A stretch of DNA of 64,000 bases from positions 352,001-416,000 of the forward strand of contig CAWCFX010000006.1 in the NCBI GenBank assembly GCA_963795085.1, written 5' to 3'. Positions 10,002 to 20,719 of this stretch are shown here, one piece after another. Position numbers and translations under genes: made by a program. This stretch comes from an uncultured Gemmatimonadales bacterium (GTDB lineage Bacteria; Gemmatimonadota; Gemmatimonadetes; Gemmatimonadales; GWC2-71-9). Positions within the stretch are counted from its first letter, which is position 1, and each line of letters starts with the position of its first letter. The notes under the pieces are model-generated. The model did not search any database. It was not told the DNA's origin and saw only the letters and a list, made by a program, of their open reading frames with translations.

Positions 10002-13000
10002 TTCTTCACCCTCACCGCACCAGATTCTCGACGGTCCGCCAGTTGTTCTCCCACCGCCGCGACCAGTTGGCCGGCGGTAAACGGCTTGGCCAGGAACGGC
10101 GAGCCTTCTGGCACCAGTCCCCGCATCACGATCTCGTCACCCGCATACCCGGATGTGTAGATCACCGACATCCCGGGATGGCTTGCGCGGAGTTGCTCGC
10201 TCAGCTGGCGTCCGTTCATGCGCGGCATGACCACATCGGTCAGCACCAGGGCCGGCCGGAGGCCTTCCTCGACCAGCCGGAGCGCCTCAGCTCCATCGGT
10301 GGCCGCCACTGCATGGTACCCCTCCATTTCGAGTGCCCGCACCGCCAGCAACCGCACGGCCGGTTCGTCTTCTACGATGAGCACGGTAGTCTGAGGCCGG
10401 GGCGGATGGGCGGCCGGCTCCGGTGCGCCGCCGCTTCCCTGCTCCCCGGCCCCGCTGGCCTCGGGCCAGTAGATCGTCACCGCGGTCCCCTTCCCTGGTT
10501 CGCTCCGGATCTGGATCTCGCCGCCGTGCTGCTTGACGATGCCGTACACCATGGAGAGACCCAGGCCGGTGCCCTGGCCCACCGCCTTGGTGGTATAGAA
10601 CGGCTCGAAGACGCGGGCCACCGTCTCGGAGGACATGCCGTGCCCGGTGTCGGTCACCCGGAGCATGACGTAGTTGCCCCGGGCCGCCGGCTCCCCACTC
10701 GCCGTCGGTTCGCCGCCGCTGAGGGCGACGTCGTCCACTTCGATCGTCACCTTGCCGCCGGTCTCCATGGCATCCCGCGCGTTGGCCACCAGGTTGATCA
10801 GCACCTGCTCGACCTGGGCCGGATCCACCATGGCCCGGCCGATGGAGTGCCGAGGCGGAATTTCCAGCGACTTGTCGCTTCCCAGGAGATGAGCCAGCAC
10901 CGGCCGGAGGTCGTTGGCCAGGCTGTGCAAGGCCACCACCCGGGGCTGCGACACCTGCCGGCGGGAGAACGCGAGCAGCTGCTGGGTGATCCGGGCCGCC
11001 CGTTCCCCCGCCTGGAGCACCAGCTGGAGGTCCGGGGCCTGGGGATGCTGCGAGCCCAGCGCCTGCAGCGCGAAGTTCGCGAACCCCAGCACGGCGGTCA
11101 TCTGGTTGTTGACCTCGTGGGCCACGCCGCCCGCCAGGGTGCCCACGGTCTGCAGCCGCTGGGCATCCCGCAGCTGGCGCTCCCGCCGGCGCTCTTCGGT
11201 GACATCCCAGAGAATGGCGACCCCGGCGGTGATCTCCCCATCGGCGCTCCGGACCGGCGCGGTGTTGGCGACCATTTCCCGCCGCCGCCCATCGGGAAAC
11301 TCGATCCGCAGCACGGCATTGGTCACCGTTTCGCCGCGGGTCAGCGCCCGGGTGAGGGGCCACTCCTCGACCGACAGCGGCTCCCCGTCCTGGGTCACCC
11401 TGAGCCGGCCGGAATCTCCCACTTTGCCGGCGGAAAGAAACTCGTCCCCCAGCACCTCGCCGGCCTTGGCGTTGGCGAAGAGCATCCGGCCGGAGGACGC
11501 CTCGGCAATGAGGATGGCCAGCGGGGATTGCTCCAGCACGGTGAGCAGACGGCTCCGCTCCAGGTCCCGGGCACTGGCCAGGTCCATGGCGGCCCGGCGG
11601 GCGATGACCAGTTCGGTCACGTCCACCCCGGAGACCAGGATCCCGGTGATGGCGCCCGTGGTGTCATGCATCGGGTGGTACACGAAATTGCAAAACCGCT
11701 CCTCGGGTGCCGCCCCCGGTGTGGCTTGCACCATCACCGGCAACTCATTCCCGACAAATGGCTCGCCGGTCTGGTACACCCGGTCCAACAGTTCGAAGAA
11801 CCCCTGGCCCGCGATCTCGGGAAGCGCCTCCCGGACCGGCAAACCCACCAGGTCGCGATTGGCGGTCACCCTGCCGTACGCCGGATTCACCAGGTCGAAG
11901 ACGTGCTCGGGCCCCCGCAGCACGGCGAGGAACGAGGGGGACAACGCAAAGACCCGTTCCAGCTGGTCCCGCTCCGCCCGCTCGGCCTCCCGCCGGCTGC
12001 GGGCCAGCGCCAGGTGGGAGCCTACCCGGGCCAGCAATTCCCGGCCGGTAAACGGCTTGATGAGATAGTCATCGGCCCCTTCGTCCAGCGCCGCCGAACT
12101 GGCCTCCTCTCCCGCGCGGGCGGAGAGCAGGATGACGGGGAGGGCGTGGGTTCGGGGGGCGCCCCGGAGAGCGCGGAGCAACCCGAACCCATCGAGGCGG
12201 GGCATCATGACGTCGGTCAGGACCAGGTCCGGCGGATCGGCAAGCGCCGACTGCAGGGCGGCTTCGCCATCGGCCACCGTCGTGACCCGCCAACGGGTGC
12301 CCAGCAGCCGGGCCACGTATTCCCGCATGTCGGTGTTGTCATCGGCCAGCAGGATGCGTGGCCTGTCCCCGTCCTGGCCGGCGATGGCGCGGTCGGCGGG
12401 CGGCTCCACGCTGCTGATTCCCTCCGGGAGCCACCGGCTGGCCTCTTCGAGGAACGAGGCCGCTCCGTTGCCGGATGGGGCCGAGGCCTCGCCCGCGGCG
12501 ATCCGCTCCGGGGGCAGATGTGCGCGGCCGCGGGGGAGCCGGATGGTGAAGGTGGTTCCGGATCCCAGCTGGCTGGCGACGCTGATCTCGCCACCCTGGA
12601 GTCGCACCAGTTCCTGCACCAGGGCCAGGCCGATGCCGGTGCCCTCCTGGGTTCGGCCCTGCGCCCCCTTGACCCGGTGAAATCGTTCGAACACGTGGGG
12701 AAGGTCCGCGGGGGGAATGCCGGTGCCGGTATCCGCCACCGTAACGACCACGTTGTTGCCTTCGGTCCGCAGCGAGACCGTGATGGACCCCGCCAGCGTG
12801 AACTTGAAGGCATTGGAGATCAGGTTCAGGATCACCTTCTCCCACATGTCGCGGTCCACGAACACCGGCTCGGGGAGGGGATCGGCCGCCACCACCAGCG
12901 AGAGCCCGGCCCGTTCAATGGCCGAGCGGAACGTGCTGGCCAGGTCGGCGGTGACGGCCGCGAGGTCGGTCGGCTGGTAGGTGCCCTCGATCCGGCCGGC

Positions 13001-14258
13001 CTCGATGCGGGAGAAATCGAGCAGGGTGTTGACCAGGCGGAGCAGCCGGAGCCCGTTGCGGTGGGCCATCTCGAGCCGCTCCCGGTGCGCGGCGCCCAGG
13101 GGCACCGCCGTATCGGCCAGGGCATCCTCGACGGGTGCGAGCAGCAGGGTGAGCGGGGTCCGGAACTCGTGGGAAACATTGGAAAAGAAGATGGTCTTGG
13201 CCTGGTCCAGTTCGGCCAGGGCCTGGGCGCGGCGCCGTTCCGCTTCATAGGCTTCGGCATTCGCCACCGCCGTAGCGATATGGCCGGCGGCCAGCTGCAG
13301 GAAGCCGCGATAGTTATCGTCCAGCGCGCGCCGGGAGCTGATGCCCGACACCAGGAACCCGGCCGGCTTCTCCTGCCCGGAGCCGCTGATGGGCAGCACC
13401 ATCGCCTGGTGGGGAGGATCAGGCCACGGACCCCCCGGCAGGCCGGGCTGGACGGAAGGCGGCAATTCCACGACCCGGCTGGCCAGGTCGGCCGCCACCG
13501 CGGCCAGCGGCCAGGGGTTGTCCGGGTTCTGCAGGCCGATGGACGCCCAGGCCGCCGGCGGCTCGGCTGGAGAACCCCACCGATTCGACCAGCTGCACCT
13601 GCTCGCCCGAGTCATCGAACAGATAGAGGAGCGCGAACGGTATATCGGACGGATTCCGGCCCAGGGCCGCCGCCGCCAGCTCGCAGGCCTCCGGTACGGT
13701 CCGGGCCAGGCTGGTGTTGGCGCCCAGTTCCCTGAGGGTCAGCAGCCGCCGCTCGGCCAGCACCCGCTCGGTCGTCTCGGTGCAGGTCACCAGCACACCG
13801 CCGACCACGCCTCCTTCGGCCGGAATGGCGCTGTAGGAGAAGATGAAATAACACTCTTCGACGTAGCCGTTGCGGTCCAGCGGCAGGTGCTGGTCTTCCC
13901 GGGTGGTAGCCTCGCCAAGGCTCATCACCCGGTCGAACATGGGCCCGATGAAGTCCCAGATCTCCGCGAAGGTGGCCCGGGTACTGATACCCAGCGCGGC
14001 CGGGTGCTTGGTGGTACCCAGGATGGGGCGATAGCCGTCATTGTAGATCTGGATGTACTCGGGTCCCCAGGCGATGTACATGGGGAAGCCGGTCGCGAGC
14101 AGTACGCCGACGGCGGTGCGGAGGCTCTGGGGCCAGGATTCAACCGGGCCCAGGGGGGTGGCAGCCCAGTCGTGGGCTCGGATCAGCGCCCCCATGGCGC
14201 CGCCGCCGGCCAGCATCGGGGTGGCGGGTTGCGGAGGCCGGGGACGGTCAGGGGGCAT
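9983..14258 (-). CDS. Large hybrid kinase (PAS-GAF-HK-REC-PAS-PAS-HK-REC), with a frameshift near 13570
   Basis: ORFs 13419-14330 (DWAATPLGP.E.WPQSL PAS/GAF) and 9983-13615 (SNVSHEFRTPL; second H-box AHEVNN) join with one extra base. Confidence 0.85.
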
Positions 14259-14403
14259 GCGAGTCCAGGGAAGCCGGGGAATCGGTGACGACCTGCGCCA
14301 CCCCAACCTAACGCCAGCCGCCGCGGGCACTCAAGTGATCGGGTGATGGCGCATCCGGGCTTGATTCCGGGGGCGCTCGGGGCGACATTCCCACCCCGAA
14401 TTG

Positions 14404-14477
14404 GGGTCCGTAGCTCAGCTGGATAGAGCGCTTGCCTCCGGAGCAAGAGGTCGCGCGTTCGAATCGCGCCGGGCCCA
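14404..14477 (+). tRNA. tRNA-Arg(CCG)
   Basis: Cloverleaf, anticodon CCG. Confidence 0.95.
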
Positions 14478-14482
14478 TGTGC

Positions 14483-14635
14483 GGCAAGGGGGCAAGAGGG
14501 TCAGTGGGTCAGTGGGTCAGTGGGTCAGTGGGTCAGTGGGTCAAGTGGGTCAGTGGGTCAGTGGGTCAGTGGGTCAGTGGGTCAGTGGGTCAGTGGGTCA
14601 GTGGGTCAGTGGGTCAGTGGGTCAGTGGGTCAGTG
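14483..14635. repeat. 8-mer tandem repeat (GGGTCAGT)n preceded by GGCAAGGG units
   Basis: About 17 units read directly. Confidence 0.95.
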
Positions 14636-14722
14636 CGAAGGTAGTGCCCCGGGGAGCTCCGCTCGTCGGGGCATCTTGCCTTCTGCCCGCTCCGATTCCG
14701 CTGTCGGGGAACGAAACCGCGC

Positions 14723-14932
14723 TCACGGCCCCTCGAGAACCAGAAGAAGCACCAGCAGCGCGCTAAAGGCACCGACGACAAGCAGCAGCACCTTCCCCGC
14801 GTGCAGGCCTGAGGACAGGTTGACGCCGTCTTTCGGCGCCGACCCGTTCCCGCCCACCTGATTCACGGCGGAAGTGGCTGCCCGAGTCGTCACTGCCGGC
14901 CGCGCGGCCGGCACGCAGGAGGCCACAAGCAT
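14723..14932 (-). CDS. Hypothetical small membrane/lipoprotein (start uncertain)
   Basis: LVASC lipobox-like segment and C-terminal hydrophobic stretch. Confidence 0.3.
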   Translation of the reverse strand: MLVASCVPAARPAVTTRAATSAVNQVGGNGSAPKDGVNLSSGLHAGKVLLLVVGAFSALLVLLLVLEGP

Positions 14933-14949
14933 AGCCAGGAGAAGAAGTC

Positions 14950-15300
14950 TCAGAACGCGCTTCCGATCAGCGCCCCCAGCCCGCCGCCCACCGCGCCTCC
15001 GATCAGCACCAGCCGTAACGGCGAATCGCTGCACTGGTTGTCCACCGCCTCGCAGAAGACATCGTACAGGAGCCATCCCGCCACGGCCCCGATGGCGGTC
15101 CCGATGACGAGTCCGGTTATGGTGGGCCTGCTGATATCGCCTCGTCCGGCGGCAACATCCTCACCGGGGACGGAGCCGCCGCGCGGAGCCTCCCAGTGGG
15201 ACACCGCCGCCATGCGGGGAAACCCGGCCATCGCCGCCTGACCCAGGAGCGGCTGCGAAACACAAAGGAGGGAGAGCAGCGCGACGGGAATTGTCCTCAT
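14950..15300 (-). CDS. Hypothetical secreted glycine-zipper membrane protein
   Basis: Signal peptide, two GxxxG helices, GAGG RBS. Confidence 0.6.
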   Translation of the reverse strand: MRTIPVALLSLLCVSQPLLGQAAMAGFPRMAAVSHWEAPRGGSVPGEDVAAGRGDISRPTITGLVIGTAIGAVAGWLLYDVFCEAVDNQCSDSPLRLVLIGGAVGGGLGALIGSAF

Positions 15301-15442
15301 GGAGTCCTCGCTCGGGGGAAAGGCCTGGACTGAATCGTACGGCGGCCGGGATCGTGCGGCCACTCCGGCCGCCCGGAGCGTGATCTACTGTCTGCTCGTG
15401 ACCCCGCCGTGACCGCAGGCGGCCGGTGTAGATTGAAACGCG

Positions 15443-17308
15443 ATGCCCGCCCCCGACCCCCCGACTCCGCCGCCTCGCGCCCGCTTCTGGAAGCAGCTGG
15501 GCGGCATGCGCCGCGGCGCCCGCCGCATGGTCCGGGTCCCCACCACCGCCGCCATCGGTACCTGGCACGGCCTGGTGGACCGGTTCAACGGCTTCGGCTT
15601 CAGCGAAAATTCGATTCTCCTGGGGTTCGGGGTCGCGGTGGGCGTGGGCGGCGCGCTCGGGGTCGTCGCCTTCTACAAGCTCATCGACCTGGCCTTCGCG
15701 GTCTTCTACCGCTGGCCGGAAAGCCGCCTCTTCTCCCGCACCGACCTGCTCGCCTACCGGCCGCTCCTGACCGGCGCCGGCCTCTTCACCGCCTGGCTGT
15801 TGATGAAACGCCTGGGTCGAGGCCACGACGGGATGACCGTCCCCGACGTGCAGCTCGCCGTGGCCCGGCGGAACGGCGACCTCCCGGCCCAGCCCGCCCT
15901 GGCGCGCACCGCCGCCAGCGCGATCACTATCGGCAGCGGTGGCTCCGCCGGCAGCGAAGGGCCGGTTGCCGTGCTGGGCGCCGCCATCGGCTCCTGGCTG
16001 GGCCGGGCCTTTCACTTCGAAGGCGGCCGCACCAAGGTCCTGGTCGGCGCCGGCACCGCCGCCGGGATCTCGGCCGCCTTCAATGCACCCCTCGCCGGCG
16101 CCTTCTTCGCGCTGGAAGAGATCATGGGCAACTTCTCCGCCCGCGCCTTCCCCGCAGTCGTGGTGAGCAGCGTCGTGGCGGCGGTGGTCTCCCGCGCCTT
16201 CTTCGGCAACCATCCCGCGTTTCCGATTCCCGACGAGTACGGCTACACCCTGGTCCGCGAAGTGGCCGTCTTCTATCCCCTCCTCGGCGTCGTCGCCGGC
16301 GTGGTCTCGGCCCTGTTCGTCCGGGTCTACTTCCGGTCCGGCGAGTGGATCGAGCGGCTGCGCCTGCCCCCTGCCCTGGTGCCCTGGCTGGGCGGCATCC
16401 TGGTCGGGGTCCTGGTGTACGTCTCCGGCGGGATCCTGGTGGGATACGGCCACCTCGCGGTCCACCTGGAGGTATTCGGGCGGATGGCCTGGTGGGCATT
16501 GGGGCTGCTGGCGCTCGGCAAGATCGCGGCGACCGCGCTGACCCTCAACAGCGGCGGCTCGGGCGGGGTGTTCACCCCCTCCATGTACATCGGGGCGGCC
16601 ACCGGCGGCGCGTTCGGGGTGGCGCTCACCCAGCTGTTCCCGTCCCTCAATCTCCGACCCGAAGCCTATGCCCTGGTCGGCATGGGGGCCCTGATTGCGG
16701 GGGCCACCAACGCCCCGATCACCGGCATCCTGATCGTCTTCGAGATGACCAATGACTACGCCATCGTCCTTCCCCTGATGCTGACGACGGTGATCGCCCA
16801 CTTCGTGGCCCGCCGGCTCGAGCCGGATTCGCTCTACAGCGGCTGGTTGCGCCGCCGGGGCGAGCACCTGCAGCATGGCACCGACCAGGACGTGCTGCGG
16901 GCGCTGCGGGTGAAGGACGCCTTTCAGCGCGATCCGGTCGTCTTCCGGGCCGGTGACACGGTCGCCACCATGCTGGGCCAGCTGGGCTCCGCCGACCAGG
17001 CGACCTTTCCAGTGGTGGATGCCGAGGGAACCCTGCTGGGAATGGTGACGACGCCGGACCTGGGAAGAATCGCGCGGGACCAGCATGAGCTGACCGGTGT
17101 ATTGCTCGCGGTGGATGTGGCCACGCCGACCGAGACGGTGACGCCGGAAGACGACCTGCTGGAGACCATCCGGCGGCTGGGTGTCCGCGGCGCCACGGCG
17201 CTGCCCGTCGTGGATGCCGGCACGGGACGGTTCGTGGGGGTGGTCACCCGGTCCCACATCCTTCGCATCTACGAGCGGGCGCTGACCGGGGCGAGTGCGA
17301 TTCGTTAG
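15443..17308 (+). CDS. ClC-family chloride channel/antiporter with CBS pair
   Basis: GSAGSEGP, AAFNAPLAG, GSGGVFTP motifs; C-terminal CBS domains. Confidence 0.93.
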   Translation: MPAPDPPTPPPRARFWKQLGGMRRGARRMVRVPTTAAIGTWHGLVDRFNGFGFSENSILLGFGVAVGVGGALGVVAFYKLIDLAFAVFYRWPESRLFSRTDLLAYRPLLTGAGLFTAWLLMKRLGRGHDGMTVPDVQLAVARRNGDLPAQPALARTAASAITIGSGGSAGSEGPVAVLGAAIGSWLGRAFHFEGGRTKVLVGAGTAAGISAAFNAPLAGAFFALEEIMGNFSARAFPAVVVSSVVAAVVSRAFFGNHPAFPIPDEYGYTLVREVAVFYPLLGVVAGVVSALFVRVYFRSGEWIERLRLPPALVPWLGGILVGVLVYVSGGILVGYGHLAVHLEVFGRMAWWALGLLALGKIAATALTLNSGGSGGVFTPSMYIGAATGGAFGVALTQLFPSLNLRPEAYALVGMGALIAGATNAPITGILIVFEMTNDYAIVLPLMLTTVIAHFVARRLEPDSLYSGWLRRRGEHLQHGTDQDVLRALRVKDAFQRDPVVFRAGDTVATMLGQLGSADQATFPVVDAEGTLLGMVTTPDLGRIARDQHELTGVLLAVDVATPTETVTPEDDLLETIRRLGVRGATALPVVDAGTGRFVGVVTRSHILRIYERALTGASAIR

Positions 17309-17322
17309 CCGAGAGGATCCGT

Positions 17323-17799
17323 ATGCAACTCTTTGAAAGCTGGTCCAGCATGGGATTTACCCTGCTGGCGGGCAGCATCGCTTACGCAGCACTGGTCATC
17401 TTTCTCCGGGTATCGGGCAAGCGTACCCTGGCCAAGCTCAATGCCTTCGACCTGGTCGTGACCATGGCGCTGGGATCGACCCTGGCCTCGATCCTCACCT
17501 CCGACACCCTTCCCCTCGCCAATGGCATTCTCGCCCTGGCCGTCCTGATCGGCATGCAGTACGGCGTTGCCTGGCTCGGCGTGCGGGCGGAGTGGTTCCG
17601 CCGGCTGGTGCAGAGCGATCCAACGGTGCTGGTGAAAGACGGGCGGTTGCTGGAAGGAGCCCTGCGGAGCGCCCGGATCGGGCCCGAGGAGGTGCGGGCG
17701 GCGGTCCGGCAGGCGGGAATGGCCGACGTCTCCTCGGCTGAACGTGTCGTCCTCGAGACTGACGGATCGCTGAGCGTGGTCCGGGGCCGCCAGGCCTGA
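17323..17799 (+). CDS. DUF421/YetF family membrane protein
   Basis: RVSGKRTLAKLNAFD, VLETDGSLSV. Confidence 0.88.
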   Translation: MQLFESWSSMGFTLLAGSIAYAALVIFLRVSGKRTLAKLNAFDLVVTMALGSTLASILTSDTLPLANGILALAVLIGMQYGVAWLGVRAEWFRRLVQSDPTVLVKDGRLLEGALRSARIGPEEVRAAVRQAGMADVSSAERVVLETDGSLSVVRGRQA

Positions 17800-17804
17800 T
17801 GGAC

Positions 17805-18065
17805 CTACTTCCCTTTTAGCACCATCCATCGGTCCACCGCGGCGTCCACTCGGGCCATGCGATGGGAATAGTCCTCTCCGGGTTCGAACTCGACGGGGAT
17901 ATCCTCGCCGTGGTTGACCTGGATGAGAAACCGGTAGGGCCCGGTGGTGGGGAGGGAGGCGGCCACCGCGCGGTGCGCCGCCATTTCTCCGATACGGGCG
18001 GTCACCCGCAGGCCCTTGAGATCCAGCCCACCGGAGAAAAACGCCAGGAACTCCTTGTCGGTCAT
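17805..18065 (-). CDS. Hypothetical protein
   Basis: Fills the gap between genes; plausible composition (MTDKEFLAFF...). Confidence 0.4.
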   Translation of the reverse strand: MTDKEFLAFFSGGLDLKGLRVTARIGEMAAHRAVAASLPTTGPYRFLIQVNHGEDIPVEFEPGEDYSHRMARVDAAVDRWMVLKGK

Positions 18066-18150
18066 GCCATACAGCCGGGTCAATGGGGAACATGGCCTGC
18101 ACCAGCCAGCAACCGACGGCGCGCCTGCCGGCTCGGCAATCGGGAGAGCC

Positions 18151-19149
18151 CTAAAGGGTAATCGCCTCGCCGCCCAGAGCCACCTCGGTGCCCAAACCCA
18201 TCTCTCCCGCCTTCTCACAGGCATAGCGGGCCGCCGCGATATCCTCAACCGCAATCCCCTGGGACTTGAACAACGTCACGTCCCCGGTTGACCGCCGCCA
18301 CGGGCGGGCTCCACCGGCGATCTCGCCCAGTTCAGCCTCGATATGGCCGGCGGTGATGATCCCTTCCCGAATCGGGATAATGATGTCGCCCGCTTCGTTG
18401 AGCGCAGATTCCCTCAGGTCCACGAACAGCCGGGCCCGGGCCACCAGGGCAGAATCCACCTCCCGATGGCGGGGTATGCTGGAGCCGACCACGTTGAGAT
18501 GGGCACCCTCGGCTACCCACCCGCTTTCGAGGATCGGGTCCCGGGCTGCCGTCGTAGTGCACACAATATCGGCGCCGGCCACCGCCTCCTGGACGGTGCC
18601 GCAACATTCGGCCCGCAGGCCGAACCGGGTTCCGATGATGCCGGCGAGGCGCTCCGCCCGCTCCGCCGTACGATTCCACAACCGAAGCCGGCGAATCGGA
18701 CGCACCGCCAGCATCGCCTCGGCATGGGCCAGGGCCTGGGTGCCGGCTCCCAGAATCGCCAGGTCTCCGGCACCGGCGGGCGCCAGCAGGTCGGTGGCCA
18801 ATCCGGAGACGGCGGCGGTCCGGATGGCGGTGATGGCGGTGGCGTCGAGGACGGCGAGCAGCGTCCCCCGCTCCTCTTCGAAGAGGAGCACGGCGCCCTG
18901 GTGGGAATCCAGCTTCGTCCCCGCATTGGCGGCGAAGATGGTGAGCACCTTGATGCCCAGCGCGCGCGCCGGCCCCAGGTACCCCGGCATGAGCGCGAGA
19001 ATACCTCGGCGGGAAGGGGTGGCAATGTGGGTGCGGAGCGGTTGCACCGCGTCCCCGCGCGCCAGCGCCGCGAGCGTGTCGCGCATCAGCTGGATGCAGG
19101 GGCCCATGGGCAGGGCCCGCACCACGTCCGCCTGAGAGAGAACGATCAC
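18151..19149 (-). CDS. Ornithine cyclodeaminase/mu-crystallin family protein
   Basis: TAIRTAAVS, GAGTQA, FKSQGIAVED. Confidence 0.92.
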   Translation of the reverse strand: MIVLSQADVVRALPMGPCIQLMRDTLAALARGDAVQPLRTHIATPSRRGILALMPGYLGPARALGIKVLTIFAANAGTKLDSHQGAVLLFEEERGTLLAVLDATAITAIRTAAVSGLATDLLAPAGAGDLAILGAGTQALAHAEAMLAVRPIRRLRLWNRTAERAERLAGIIGTRFGLRAECCGTVQEAVAGADIVCTTTAARDPILESGWVAEGAHLNVVGSSIPRHREVDSALVARARLFVDLRESALNEAGDIIIPIREGIITAGHIEAELGEIAGGARPWRRSTGDVTLFKSQGIAVEDIAAARYACEKAGEMGLGTEVALGGEAITL

Positions 19150-19415
19150 ACGGGGGTGTCACCGGTGCCGGTAAAACGAACCAGCAACTGGCTGGCCCGG
19201 GTGTCCACCGTCACCCGCTCCACCGCGATCGGGAAGGTCCGGCCGTCTTCCAGTTCCAGCGTCAGCCGGTCGCCAGGCAGGACGGCCGTGTCGGACGTGA
19301 GGCGCACTTCCCCCCACCACCCGTCGAGACCGTCTTCCCGCCGCTGGTCCGGAGCCAGGCTGACCGCCACCCCGGCCGCGATTGTGTCCGTGAGATGAAA
19401 AATCTTGCCAATCAT
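19146..19415 (-). CDS. Hypothetical protein
   Basis: Stop overlaps the downstream start; beta-rich 89 aa. Confidence 0.6.
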   Translation of the reverse strand: MIGKIFHLTDTIAAGVAVSLAPDQRREDGLDGWWGEVRLTSDTAVLPGDRLTLELEDGRTFPIAVERVTVDTRASQLLVRFTGTGDTPV

Positions 19416-19552
19416 GAATCAGGTCCCGGGTAACTGGACGGGCTCTGGCAGAGTTCACCCGCCGCAAGACCAGCTTACTTAATCGCGGCCGGGAAAAAAT
19501 GCGAGGGCCGGGCCCTCATTGAACGGACGGCTGGGTCGCCTATCTTTCGGGG

Positions 19553-20698
19553 ATGCCCCTTCAATCCCGGGTTCACCCGATCCGGCGCACGGCGCTGGTG
19601 CTCGCGCTGGCCAGTATCGTAACCGGTTCAGGCCTGTCTGCGCAGTCGGGGCTGGACCGGCTGGTGCCGCCGAGCCCGACGCCCGCAGGGTTCATCCACG
19701 ATGGAGGCCCGGTGCTCTCCGCGGCCGACCTTTCCGGTCTCAACGCCCAGGTTACCGCTCACCAGGCGGCCGGGCGAGGCGACATCGGAGTCGCCATTCT
19801 CCGGGACATCGGCGACTACCCGCCCTACGAGGTCGGTCTCGCGATCTACCGCAGCTGGCGGATCGGCTCGGTGGATTCGATCGGATCGGCGAGGCGGGAC
19901 CTGGGCGCCCTGCTACTCGTCGTGCCCAAGGAGCTGGCCCCCGACGGAAAAGGCCAATGCTGGATCACGACCGGGCTCGGCGCCGAGGCCTACCTTACGG
20001 ACGCGGAAGCGGGCGCCATCTGCCGGGAAGCGATCATTCCCCGGCTCCGGGAGCAGGATTATGCCGGGGCGGTTCGCGCCGGTATTGATGAGATCGGCGA
20101 GCGGCTGTCCGGGCTGCCGCCGGGATCGGTCGCCTCCACCTCCGGCCAACCCGGCCCATCCGGCGGGGTGCCGGGCGGCCTGATCGCGCTCCTGTCGGTG
20201 GGGGGCGCGGGTGCCGGCGCCGTCGCGCTGGTGCGCCGCAAGCGGCGCAAACCCCGGCTCTGCCCCAACGGCCACGGCCGCATGACCCGGCTGTCCGAGT
20301 CCAGTGATGATGCCGCGCTGGCCGCCGGCCAGTTGCTGGAGGAACAGATCAAGTCGGTGGACTACGACGTGTGGGAATGCCCGGTGTGCCGGGAGCGGCT
20401 GGTGCTGCGGTACAAGCGCTGGTTCACCAGCTACAGCGAATGTCCCCAGTGCAAGTTCTGGACGGTCAAGAGCACAAACCGCACGGTGGTTCCCGCCACC
20501 CGGCTGGCCGGTGGTCTCGCGGAGGTCACCCGCCGGTGCCGGCAGTGTAAGTTCGAAGATGTCCGCCAGCATGCCACCCCGCGGATCACCTCGTCCAGTT
20601 CCTCCTCGGGGTCGGGCGGTGGTTCGTCGTCCTCCGGCGGCAGTTCTTTTGGCGGGTCGGGCAGTTCGGCGGGCGGCGGCGGCGGTTCGTCATATTGA
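19553..20698 (+). CDS. TPM-domain (YgcG-like) protein with C-terminal Zn-ribbons and Gly/Ser tail
   Basis: ITTGLGAEAYLTD, CxxC pairs, SFGGSGSSAGGGGGSSY. Confidence 0.88.
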   Translation: MPLQSRVHPIRRTALVLALASIVTGSGLSAQSGLDRLVPPSPTPAGFIHDGGPVLSAADLSGLNAQVTAHQAAGRGDIGVAILRDIGDYPPYEVGLAIYRSWRIGSVDSIGSARRDLGALLLVVPKELAPDGKGQCWITTGLGAEAYLTDAEAGAICREAIIPRLREQDYAGAVRAGIDEIGERLSGLPPGSVASTSGQPGPSGGVPGGLIALLSVGGAGAGAVALVRRKRRKPRLCPNGHGRMTRLSESSDDAALAAGQLLEEQIKSVDYDVWECPVCRERLVLRYKRWFTSYSECPQCKFWTVKSTNRTVVPATRLAGGLAEVTRRCRQCKFEDVRQHATPRITSSSSSSGSGGGSSSSGGSSFGGSGSSAGGGGGSSY

Positions 20699-20719
20699 CA
20701 TGGAAAGGATGCAACCCCG

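Noticed and set aside
9956..13735. 1259-aa plus-strand ORF and other long antisense ORFs (e.g. 29050-31884, 53893-56565, 15161-17257)
   Set aside because: Shadow frames of real high-GC genes with no recognisable motifs.
6406..14404. tRNA-anchored genomic island or prophage
   Set aside because: No integrase, no duplicated tRNA 3' end seen, and composition resembles the flanks.
14483..14635. CRISPR array (also considered for 33620, 36455, 44346, 46486, 61270)
   Set aside because: These are contiguous 7-24-nt tandem units with no unique spacers and no cas genes.
14401..14861. GSVGQWVS-, FPQ- and IPS-repeat proteins (also 33567-34677, 36360-36793, 44208-44594, 46097-46716)
   Set aside because: These are translations of non-coding tandem repeats, open in several frames.
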